Below, in pieces: positions 15,905 to 24,461 of a stretch of DNA of 30,539 bases. Each line of letters begins with the position of its first letter. Positions within the stretch are counted from its first letter, which is position 1. Both the position numbers and the translations under genes were made by a program. The notes below the pieces were generated by a model that was not told the DNA's origin, did no database searches, and was given only the letters and a program-made list of their open reading frames with translations. The DNA lies in the NCBI GenBank assembly GCA_964459685.1, contig CAYWNN010000001.1, positions 1-30,539 of the forward strand, read 5' to 3'. Source of the DNA: an uncultured Coriobacteriaceae bacterium (lineage in GTDB: Bacteria; Actinomycetota; Coriobacteriia; Coriobacteriales; Atopobiaceae).

Positions 15905-18560
15905 AGCTGCGGTATATAGTGCACGTCAGCCTCGTTCCATACACAATGGTCAGTACTGCTATATCTCTATCTCGGATATTCCTGGGGCAGATGAGCTTCC
16001 TGTAGCCTTACTCATCCTGCTCGAAAATGTTATTCGACGCTCCCAAAGTGATGAGGAAGCATACCGTGCTGCTCAGGCCATACTTCAGGCTGGATTGACA
16101 GGAAGCCAAGGCGCTGAAATAGCATTTATGCCATCACGGGTGCTCTTTCAGGATTTTACGGGGGTGCCCGTATTTGTAGACTTTGCTGCAATGCGTGATG
16201 AGGTGGCACTCCAAGGTCAAGATCCTGCAATTGTGAATCCTCGGATACCTTGTACCTTGGTGATTGATCACTCGGTTGTTGCCGATGAGGCAGGCAGTGC
16301 CTGTGCCTGTGATGTGAATCAAAAGCTTGAAGCAGAGCGCAATCGTGAACGATTTGCCTTTCTTAAGTGGGCAAGCAAGTCCTTTGAGAACGTTGAGATT
16401 ATTCCACCAGGATCAGGTATATGCCACCAATTAAACATCGAGAACTTCGGCCGTGTGGTTATGCACGATGCCTTAGCTCAAACGAAGGTACCCACGCTGT
16501 GCTTTGACACCTTAGTTGGTACCGATTCTCATACGACAACAGCAAATGGTATTGGTGTACTTGGATGGGGCGTTGGCGGTATTGAAGCAGAGGCAGCAGC
16601 CTTAGGCCAAGCCATCAGCATGTTGGTTCCTCGTGTGGTTGAACTTCGTCTTGAGGGCAGGCTTCAAGATGGAGTAACTGGTATGGATGTGGCACTCCAT
16701 GTCGCTGAGCTTTTGCGTACGCATGGTGTTGTGGGCTCTATTGTTGAGGTCAGAGGCTCTGGAGTATCAGCGCTCACTCCTACGCAGCGTGCCTGTATTG
16801 CAAATATGACTCCTGAATATGGTTGTACCGCCACACTCTTTCCCGTAGATGAAGCCGTGATTGAGTACCTGGAGATGACTGCTCGCCCTTCAGATGAGGT
16901 GGCCTTGGTACAGACATATATGGAACATCAAGGGCTCTTTGGCGTTGATACTAAGAAGCGTCGATATGCGCAAAGTCTCACCCTCGACCTGTCGCGTGTA
17001 GAGCCAAGCCTTGCTGGTCCTTCTCGTCCCCATGATCGTCTCTTAATGAGTCAGCTGAAGGACAGAGTTGAAGCGAGCTGCAAAGAGCACAAGCGCGATC
17101 TGTCGAGTGGTCCCTATAAGCTGGATGCTCTTGATGATGACTACGAAATAGATCATGGAGCCCTTGCTATTGCTGCCATTACCAGCTGTACCACTGCAAC
17201 AGATCCAGCGATGATGCTGCGCGCTGGCCTTGTGGCAAAGCGGGCTTGCGAGCTTGGATTGAGTCCAAAACCTTGGGTTAAAAAGATCCTTGCTCCCGGA
17301 AGTCATGTTGGGCAATATTTGCTCGAGCGAGCAGGACTCATGAAGAGCCTCGAAGATCTCGGATTTTATATCTGTGGTTATGGCTGTATGAGCTGCATTG
17401 GGAATTCAGGCGATATTCTGCCAAGCCTTATGCCGTATGCCTCTCAGATTGAACTCTGTAGCGTCCTTTCTGGAAATCGAAACTTCGAGGGCAGAATTTC
17501 TCCGGATGTCAGTCAAAACTATCTCTGCGACCCTGGCTTAGTTGTTGCCTATTCCATAGCAGGTACGATGAGAGTGGATCTCACGAGCGAGCCTGTGGGT
17601 ATCTCAAGCGCAAACGAGCCGGTGTATGTATGCGACCTTCTTCCATCCGATGAAGAAGTAGAGCACATTCTTCGCACTCATCTCTCACGCGAGCTCTATG
17701 CAGAAAGCTCTCAAAACTTATTTGTCGGGAGCGCTGAGTGGCAGTCAATCGAGGTCGATTCGTCTGCGACATTTGCATGGGATGACAGCTCAACCTATGT
17801 ACGCCGACCTCCATACTTTGATATGGCACAAGCCACCACAAGCTTTGAAGTTTCCAATGCGCGTGCACTGGTATACCTGGGCGACTTTGTTACCACCGAC
17901 CACATATCTCCGGCTGGAAAAATTGCGTCACAGTCACCTGCAGCACGGTACTTAGAAGAGCACAACATCGACGAAGACAACTTCAATTCCTATGGCAGCA
18001 GACGCGGCAATCATGAGGTTATGGTTCGTGGAACCTTTGCGAATGTAAAGCTGGAAAACTTCCTTGCTGAAGGTAGGCGCGGCTGCTGGACAAGGAACCT
18101 AGTTACGGGCGAGATTGAGCCCATCTATGATGCCGCCATGAAATATCGTGAAGACGCTGTGCCCCTTATCGTTTTGGCGGGTAAGCTCTATGGCTCCGGT
18201 TCAAGTCGAGATTGGGCAGGTAAAGGACCAGCACTTCTTGGTATACGCGCGGTAATTGCAGAGAGCTTTGAGCGTATTCATCGTTCGAATCTCGTTGGTA
18301 TGGGTATATTGCCTCTCGAGTTTGTTGAAGGTGCATCTGCTGCATCACTTGGATTAGATGGGACTGAAAGCTTCTCGATTGATCCTATTGATCTATCTGC
18401 TGGTTTGCCTTCTCAAGCTGAAACCTGCGTTCACGCACAACGTGCAGATGGTACGACAGTTCAGTTTATGTGTCGGGTGCGCATAGATACACCTGCCGAG
18501 GGACACTACATTGCAAAAGGTGGTATTTTGCCATTCGTGCTTGAGTCACTTGTGCACTAG
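15822..18560 (+). CDS. acnA: Aconitate hydratase A (AcnA/IRP-type)
   Basis: QDFTGVP, DHSV, GTDSHT, GWGVGGIEAEA, AITSC, GCMSCIGNSG, GNRNFEGR, TTDHISPAG, YGSGSSRDWA. Start ATG 15822 after GGAGGAAGG; ATG 15873 is an alternative. Confidence 0.95.
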   Translation: MTYTDRADSSQTCEISSMTSFIDSEDLKAAVYSARQPRSIHNGQYCYISISDIPGADELPVALLILLENVIRRSQSDEEAYRAAQAILQAGLTGSQGAEIAFMPSRVLFQDFTGVPVFVDFAAMRDEVALQGQDPAIVNPRIPCTLVIDHSVVADEAGSACACDVNQKLEAERNRERFAFLKWASKSFENVEIIPPGSGICHQLNIENFGRVVMHDALAQTKVPTLCFDTLVGTDSHTTTANGIGVLGWGVGGIEAEAAALGQAISMLVPRVVELRLEGRLQDGVTGMDVALHVAELLRTHGVVGSIVEVRGSGVSALTPTQRACIANMTPEYGCTATLFPVDEAVIEYLEMTARPSDEVALVQTYMEHQGLFGVDTKKRRYAQSLTLDLSRVEPSLAGPSRPHDRLLMSQLKDRVEASCKEHKRDLSSGPYKLDALDDDYEIDHGALAIAAITSCTTATDPAMMLRAGLVAKRACELGLSPKPWVKKILAPGSHVGQYLLERAGLMKSLEDLGFYICGYGCMSCIGNSGDILPSLMPYASQIELCSVLSGNRNFEGRISPDVSQNYLCDPGLVVAYSIAGTMRVDLTSEPVGISSANEPVYVCDLLPSDEEVEHILRTHLSRELYAESSQNLFVGSAEWQSIEVDSSATFAWDDSSTYVRRPPYFDMAQATTSFEVSNARALVYLGDFVTTDHISPAGKIASQSPAARYLEEHNIDEDNFNSYGSRRGNHEVMVRGTFANVKLENFLAEGRRGCWTRNLVTGEIEPIYDAAMKYREDAVPLIVLAGKLYGSGSSRDWAGKGPALLGIRAVIAESFERIHRSNLVGMGILPLEFVEGASAASLGLDGTESFSIDPIDLSAGLPSQAETCVHAQRADGTTVQFMCRVRIDTPAEGHYIAKGGILPFVLESLVH

Positions 18561-18653
18561 CTAAGCTATCTAAGTAAGCGCAACTATTTGATGAACTCAA
18601 GCTTCTGTGGCTGATGCTGCTTGCTTAGCGCTCGTATATGTTGGGAGGATACG

Positions 18654-19700
18654 GTGATTTGCCCCTCATGTGGCACTCATATACCAGATGAATCACGTAT
18701 CTGTCCGGCGTGTAGAACATTGGTGGGACAGAGTACACCAAGCTCGGTCGACGCGGTTTCACACGGGCAGCAGCCTGTCTATTGCAAGGCCTGCGGTGCC
18801 ATCGTTCCTAAAGATAAAACGTTCTGTCCGAGCTGTGGCTTGCATATAGAAGCTGAGCATAAGACGGAAACTGTTAATATCAAACGCTCTCACGATATTG
18901 AAGCGCGCCTCGCAGACCCTTCTCATACCGAGACAGGCGACGCTGCTGTTGAGCAAAGGTCTAGCTCTCTTGATGATACACAGGCCATTCCTCGACTTAA
19001 TACCGCTCTTCCTGATGAACCAACAGAGGGCGAGAAATCTGCTTTTCGCATGCCGCGCACCCGTGCAATTGTTCTTGCAGCTCTTGCCGCTCTGTTGGTA
19101 GTAGGTGGCATTACGCTTGCTATTACGCATCCTTGGGACCCCGATGCATATTCAACGAGTGCTACAACTCCTGCAGATACATCGCAGGCGGGCTTTCCGG
19201 GAACACTCGATTCACTCTCTGCTCAGGACACGGGAATTACGTCATCAAGTAATCTTTCGAGTGAAGAGTCGAGCTATCTGCAGTTTTATGAAGCCTGGGA
19301 GAGTCTCGGCGCTCTCAGAGATGAGATTGTTGCCAATGAGGAACTGTTCGAAGAGATTGCATATTCGGGAAGTGACGAAGATCGTGAGGCTGCAGCAGAA
19401 GAGGCAGAACTTATTTCCATTGAGCTTTCCAATCTCATCACAAGTATTGGCCAAATAGATACCGCTGATGGTACTTATTCAGATACACAAACAGCGCTCT
19501 TGAGCTTGGGCAACTGGCTGCGTAACTATTCAGACAATATATGCAATGCCTGGGATGCAGCCCTCGCATCTTCCGACCCCGAAGGTGAACGTTCTAGCAT
19601 TGAGGCAATTCTTAATTCAGGGCGTAATGCTGATGGCAGAAATGCCTATTTAGTACTGTTTGACGCCAACTATGAGTCAGCAGAACCGGAAGCTCCCTAG
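18654..19700 (+). CDS. Membrane protein with two N-terminal zinc-ribbon units, one TM helix and an acidic exported helical domain
   Basis: CPSC-x10-CPAC and CKAC-x10-CPSC; basic RMPRTR then hydrophobic AIVLAALAALLVVGGITLAI. GTG 18654 follows SD GGGAGG. Confidence 0.85.
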   Translation: MICPSCGTHIPDESRICPACRTLVGQSTPSSVDAVSHGQQPVYCKACGAIVPKDKTFCPSCGLHIEAEHKTETVNIKRSHDIEARLADPSHTETGDAAVEQRSSSLDDTQAIPRLNTALPDEPTEGEKSAFRMPRTRAIVLAALAALLVVGGITLAITHPWDPDAYSTSATTPADTSQAGFPGTLDSLSAQDTGITSSSNLSSEESSYLQFYEAWESLGALRDEIVANEELFEEIAYSGSDEDREAAAEEAELISIELSNLITSIGQIDTADGTYSDTQTALLSLGNWLRNYSDNICNAWDAALASSDPEGERSSIEAILNSGRNADGRNAYLVLFDANYESAEPEAP

Positions 19701-19880
19701 CGTGCATTGAACAATGCTTTGATAATGGCTTAAGTGAATCATATACACTACTAATCGCTGTGGCTGGTTTGCCAAATATGTGGAAGCCGCTATAGCCTGA
19801 TAAAATGCTGTACTGACTAGGCATCTACACCATACTATGTGGTGTGGTTTTACGAGATGGTACGCGTTGAAAGGAAGAGC

Positions 19881-20429
19881 GTGAGCTTGTTTAATATCGA
19901 TTTATATACGCCAAGCTATGAGCTTCAAGGCGATGAAGTTGCCGTGTTTGACACGAGTAAAGGAAGCATACGTGTTCGCTTGGATGCTGCTGGTGCGCCA
20001 ATTCATGTTGCTAATTTCTGCGAACTTGCAAGCTCTGGCTTCTACGATGGGCTTAAGTTTCATCGCCTTGTGCCTGGCTTTGTGGTTCAGGGTGGATGTC
20101 CCAATACGCGTGATATGACAGCTGAAGAGGTAGCATCTGGTCGGCCTGGTCCTGATGGTATGCCCGGAACTGGTGGACCAGGTTATAGCATTCAGCACGA
20201 GTACGATACGAACCCAAATAATAGCCATGTTGATGGAGCTCTCGCTATGGCACGCTCTCAACATCCAGACTCAGCTGGCTCACAGTTCTATTTTTGCTTA
20301 GGACCTCAACATGGATTGGACCGTGATTACACGGTTTTTGGCACAACAATTGATGGTATTGAAGTAGAACGTGAGCTGCGCATTGGAGACACAATTCTCT
20401 CCATTCGTATTGAGCACGCATCACGCTAA
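19881..20429 (+). CDS. ppiA: Cyclophilin-type peptidyl-prolyl cis-trans isomerase
   Basis: FYDGLKFHRLVPGFVVQGG, GTGGPGY, LAMARS, SAGSQFY, YTVFG. GTG 19881 follows AAGGAAG; no signal peptide. Confidence 0.93.
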   Translation: MSLFNIDLYTPSYELQGDEVAVFDTSKGSIRVRLDAAGAPIHVANFCELASSGFYDGLKFHRLVPGFVVQGGCPNTRDMTAEEVASGRPGPDGMPGTGGPGYSIQHEYDTNPNNSHVDGALAMARSQHPDSAGSQFYFCLGPQHGLDRDYTVFGTTIDGIEVERELRIGDTILSIRIEHASR

Positions 20430-20464
20430 AGCATCTTGTAGACGATATACCTAAGGAGCCACTT

Positions 20465-21835
20465 GTGGATATACAGGCATTCGATGCAGGTAAGAAGGCG
20501 TATCAGCAAGGAGATTGGGCATCTGCAGCTCAAAAGCTTTCCACAGCGAAACAAGCCTCAGAAGTTTCTGGTGAGATAGATCATCTCCTTGGAAATTCGC
20601 TTATGAAGCTCGGGCGTTTTGATGAGGCGGCAAAGGCCTATGAGAATGCCCTGCTTGATGCGTCTTATGCCAAGATAGGGCCACTGCAGTGCAATAGAGG
20701 TCGCGCGCTTGTGAGTGCCGGCCGCAATGAGGAAGCAATTGGCGCCTTGAATGCGGCTTTGGCAGATACTTCCTACCCAACGCCATACAAGGCGTATATG
20801 TCCTTAGGTAAGGCATATAGTGCACTAGGAGATGCACGCCAAGCGGGCGTTGCATTTCGTAATGCTGCCATAGACGAAACTAACCCCAATCCCTCTCGTT
20901 CGCTTACTAATCTTGGCGAATGCTTTATGCAGTTGAGCCGACCACTTGATGCCATCGAGGCTTATAGAACTGCACTTGATTTTTCTGCACCCGAGGCGGA
21001 TCAAAGTTCTGTATACGCTCTTTTGGGTGATGCATATTCTGCTGCCAACCGCACTCATGAAGCGATAGATGCATATACACAGGCACAAGCCGCAGGATAT
21101 CAATTAAGCCCAACACAGCGCGCATCGTATGAAGCAGCGCAACGCAGCATTGCTGCTGTCGCTCAGCGAACTGCCTCAGAGACTGATGACCTTTTACGGG
21201 CTGCTGGATATGGACAAAACACCTATGGAACCTACGATCCGCTTGATCCATTGGGCAAGTCTGGTGAGTTCATGCCAAGCCCCGAAGACACGGGCTTTTT
21301 CACCGTATCCGAACAGGAGCTAATTTCGCAGGATAGTGCGCGTTATGAGCACAAGCGTAAAGGACATAAGGTTCTTCGCTTCTTCCTCATCCTTCTCATT
21401 CTTTTGTTGCTCTTGTCTGCGGCTGCAGGATTTGCCTATTACCGTGGCTATGGCTGGCCAACACAGCAGGCTGTGGTAGAAGGCTTGTTCTCGTCAACAA
21501 GCGATAACATAGGCTCTTATCTCGATTCGAGCGTTTCTTCAAGTACGCGTCGTGAAATAGAGCTCATACTTCCCGACGATGCCACTATTGAAGTTGAAGG
21601 CATCGATAAGGATATGTCCAACTCCACCTTGCTTGTTGTTGCAACACTGTCTTCAGGAGGAGAACAAACATATCAAGTAGAAATGATCCGCGATGGCATT
21701 ACCTGGAAGGTAACCTCTGTAGAGCTCGTTTATGATTCAATTGATGAGAGTGCTACATCTTCACTTGTCTCATCTAGCTCATCGAGTTCATCTACCACAT
21801 CGAGTGAAGACGAGGATACAACGAGCGAAGTATAA
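20465..21835 (+). CDS. Tetratricopeptide-repeat membrane protein (cytoplasmic TPRs, one TM helix, small exported domain, Ser/acidic tail)
   Basis: Repeated TPR-like units (LGNSLMKLGRFDEAAKAYENAL; LGECFMQLSRPLDAIEAYRTAL; LGDAYSAANRTHEAIDAY). HKRKGHKVLR precedes FFLILLILLLLLSAAAGFAYY. SD AAGGAG before GTG. Confidence 0.87.
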   Translation: MDIQAFDAGKKAYQQGDWASAAQKLSTAKQASEVSGEIDHLLGNSLMKLGRFDEAAKAYENALLDASYAKIGPLQCNRGRALVSAGRNEEAIGALNAALADTSYPTPYKAYMSLGKAYSALGDARQAGVAFRNAAIDETNPNPSRSLTNLGECFMQLSRPLDAIEAYRTALDFSAPEADQSSVYALLGDAYSAANRTHEAIDAYTQAQAAGYQLSPTQRASYEAAQRSIAAVAQRTASETDDLLRAAGYGQNTYGTYDPLDPLGKSGEFMPSPEDTGFFTVSEQELISQDSARYEHKRKGHKVLRFFLILLILLLLLSAAAGFAYYRGYGWPTQQAVVEGLFSSTSDNIGSYLDSSVSSSTRREIELILPDDATIEVEGIDKDMSNSTLLVVATLSSGGEQTYQVEMIRDGITWKVTSVELVYDSIDESATSSLVSSSSSSSSTTSSEDEDTTSEV

Positions 21836-21859
21836 CTAACGAATTGGGAGCATTGCCAT

Positions 21860-22900
21860 ATGTCGTTGTTCGACCTTATTTTCGGTGATTACGGAACCGA
21901 TCTTGCTATTGACCTTGGTACCGCCAACACACTTGTTTCCGTGCGCGGCGAAGGCATAGTCATCAATGAACCTTCGGTTGTTGCCGTTGACAAGACGGAA
22001 AATCGTGTGCTTGCTGTTGGCACTGATGCCAAGCGCATGGTAGGACGTACACCTGGCTCTATTGTTGCGGTGCGCCCCTTAAAAGACGGCGTTATTGCCG
22101 ATTTTGATGTTACCGAGGCAATGCTTCGCTACTTCATTGACAAAGCTCGAGGTCAGCGTTTCTTCCTTTCCCCACGGCCGCGCGTGGTGGTCTGTGTACC
22201 CTCAGGCGTTACCTCAGTAGAAAAACGCGCTGTTTTCGAGGCAACTATTAGCGCTGGTGCACGTCAAGCATTTCTCATTGAAGAGCCCATGGCAGCAGCT
22301 ATTGGCTCAGACTTGCCCATCGAAGACCCAACCGGTTCCATGGTGGTTGATATTGGTGGTGGCACGACAGAGGTTGCCGTTATTGCTATGGGCGGCATTG
22401 TTGTGTCGCAGTCGATACGCACAGCGGGTGATGAGTTTGACCAAGCAATTCTTGCCCATGTTCGTGACGCCTACAGCCTCTCTATTGGTGAGCGCACTGC
22501 TGAAGACATTAAAATTAAGGTTGGTTCTGCGGCACCCTTAGCTGAAGAGCTTGATGTTGAGGTTAATGGACGCGACATCATTACCGGACTTCCAAAAACA
22601 GTTCGTATTGAAAGCGAAGAGATACGTCGATCGCTTGACCGTCCACTCGACGAAATTTCCAAGGCTGTCAAAGATGCCTTGGATGCGACGCCACCCGATT
22701 TGGCAAGTGACCTTATGTATTACGGAATTCTGCTTACCGGTGGCGGCGGTCTCTTGCGAGGTTTAGATCAGCGTCTCCGTGAAGAAACAGGCGTTCCAGT
22801 AAATGTCAGCCCTACTGCTCTGGAGAATGTCGTTATTGGCTGCGCAAAGGTGCTTGAAGCTAATGCATTGTCTGGCAGCTTCGTACAAAGTGCTTCTTAG
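21860..22900 (+). CDS. mreB: Rod shape-determining protein MreB
   Basis: DLGTAN, EPSVVA, PLKDGVIAD, IEEPMAAAIG, DIGGGTTE, LTGGG. Confidence 0.98.
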   Translation: MSLFDLIFGDYGTDLAIDLGTANTLVSVRGEGIVINEPSVVAVDKTENRVLAVGTDAKRMVGRTPGSIVAVRPLKDGVIADFDVTEAMLRYFIDKARGQRFFLSPRPRVVVCVPSGVTSVEKRAVFEATISAGARQAFLIEEPMAAAIGSDLPIEDPTGSMVVDIGGGTTEVAVIAMGGIVVSQSIRTAGDEFDQAILAHVRDAYSLSIGERTAEDIKIKVGSAAPLAEELDVEVNGRDIITGLPKTVRIESEEIRRSLDRPLDEISKAVKDALDATPPDLASDLMYYGILLTGGGGLLRGLDQRLREETGVPVNVSPTALENVVIGCAKVLEANALSGSFVQSAS

Positions 22901-22912
22901 TGGGTGGTCCTT

Positions 22913-23866
22913 ATGGCCCTAAGAAGTCTTGGGGGAGCAGGTCTTAAGAGTTCAAACTCAAAAGCATCATCTGGCAGGCTTTGTACTATTTTGCTGGTTG
23001 TGTCGCTGGTACTTTTTACGCTAAGCAATCGTGAAGGTGGCTCTGGTCCTCTCACCGCTGCAAAAAATGCCTTTTCAGTGGTATCTATTCCTTTTGAATA
23101 CGCAGGTTTGCTCATAACGCGGCCTTTTGTAGGTCTTTCAAATGTGTTGCATAACCTTACTGCCGATACCGCAACGCTCTCTGAGCTAGAAGAGGAAAAC
23201 GAGTCCTTACGCTTGCGTGTTGCCGAGCTTGAGGAGTCGGAAGTTCTTGCAAATAGCTTACAGGAGCTTCTCAATTTTCAGTCGAGCTATGAGCTTGAGT
23301 CTACCGCTGCAAGCGTCATTAGTGGTTCTACCGATTCATGGTCATCAACCATTACCATCTCAAAGGGTTCAGCCTCTGGCTTAGAAGTTGGGATGCCCGT
23401 GTGCTCTGGCACCGGCGTTGTAGGACAAATTATTGAATGTGGAAGCTACTCTTCGGTTGTTCGTCTTATAGATGATGAAGAGAGTGCTATTCCTGTGGTT
23501 ATTCAAAGTTCACGAGCGCTTGGGACACTCCAAGGTTCAGCTACCGGCACGCTTACCCTCGAGCTGGTAAGCACCGACTACGATGTTGAAGTTGGTGACG
23601 TTATTGTTACCAGCGGGCTTGGCGGGATATTTCCCAAGGGTTTGCCCATAGGGATTGTTACCAATGTAGAGGAGCCCGAGGGGGCAGTATATTACGAGAT
23701 CTCTGTTGAGGCCATAGTAGATATTGATGCCTTGGAGGAAGTGTTGGTAATAACATCGATTACCGATAGCCAACAAGCCACCGAATCTGACTATACGAGC
23801 TCTGAAGCAGTTACATCAGATAGCAGTACAGATGATGACTCTGATGAAGAAGACAGCTCAGCCTAG
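22913..23866 (+). CDS. mreC: Rod shape-determining protein MreC
   Basis: One TM helix, coiled coil (LSELEEENESLRLRVAELEE), ISKGSASGLEVGMPV, TSGLGGIFPKGLPIG. Start probably ATG 22913. Confidence 0.95.
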   Translation: MALRSLGGAGLKSSNSKASSGRLCTILLVVSLVLFTLSNREGGSGPLTAAKNAFSVVSIPFEYAGLLITRPFVGLSNVLHNLTADTATLSELEEENESLRLRVAELEESEVLANSLQELLNFQSSYELESTAASVISGSTDSWSSTITISKGSASGLEVGMPVCSGTGVVGQIIECGSYSSVVRLIDDEESAIPVVIQSSRALGTLQGSATGTLTLELVSTDYDVEVGDVIVTSGLGGIFPKGLPIGIVTNVEEPEGAVYYEISVEAIVDIDALEEVLVITSITDSQQATESDYTSSEAVTSDSSTDDDSDEEDSSA

Positions 23867-23887
23867 CTGTCCTTACAAGGAGCAGGC

Positions 23888-24454
23888 ATGCAGGTAAATG
23901 ACAACAATCAAGCACGTCGCTTTACTGCGGTATTCGCATGCATATGTATTTTTATTCAGCTGAGCCTCGTGCCCTATATTGGTCTTGCGAATGGGCGTGC
24001 AAATCTCATGCTCGTCTTTGCGACGATTGTGGCACTTCGCTATGGTGGTTCATTTGCGACGGTATGCGGATTTTTTGCCGGTCTGCTCTTTGATCTCACG
24101 ACTACGGGTCCTGTTGGTCTTATGGCATTTGAATTAACGCTCACCTCGTATCTTTTGGGACGGGAGTGTCGAAATCGTTTCTCTGATGACCATCCTATAT
24201 GCGTTGGCATGTTTCTTGCCGCAAATATGTGCTGCTCCTTGGTCTATAACCTCACCATGCTTATTGTGGGTGAATCACACTCACTCTTTGGAATCATATT
24301 TTTACGAGCACTGCCAAGCTTTGTGCTTACCTGTATTCCTTTTTTCATTGCCTACTATTTCCTCGCTATTCGCTCACAAGCTTCGAGCTTCGGTGGGGGT
24401 GGGAGCCATCTAAAAAGAGGGCGTACCCATTACCTCAATACACCTGGCAGCTAG
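23888..24454 (+). CDS. mreD: Rod shape-determining protein MreD
   Basis: Hydrophobic, about 5-6 TM helices, GFFAGLLFDL motif, located between mreC and pbp2. Confidence 0.9.
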   Translation: MQVNDNNQARRFTAVFACICIFIQLSLVPYIGLANGRANLMLVFATIVALRYGGSFATVCGFFAGLLFDLTTTGPVGLMAFELTLTSYLLGRECRNRFSDDHPICVGMFLAANMCCSLVYNLTMLIVGESHSLFGIIFLRALPSFVLTCIPFFIAYYFLAIRSQASSFGGGGSHLKRGRTHYLNTPGS

Positions 24455-24461
24455 GAAAAGC

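Noticed and set aside
17170-17215. AcnA motif SCTTATDP instead of SCTNTSNP
   Set aside because: All three cluster cysteines and the catalytic DH, DSH, NRNFEGR and GSSR motifs are intact, so there is no basis for claiming a new substrate.
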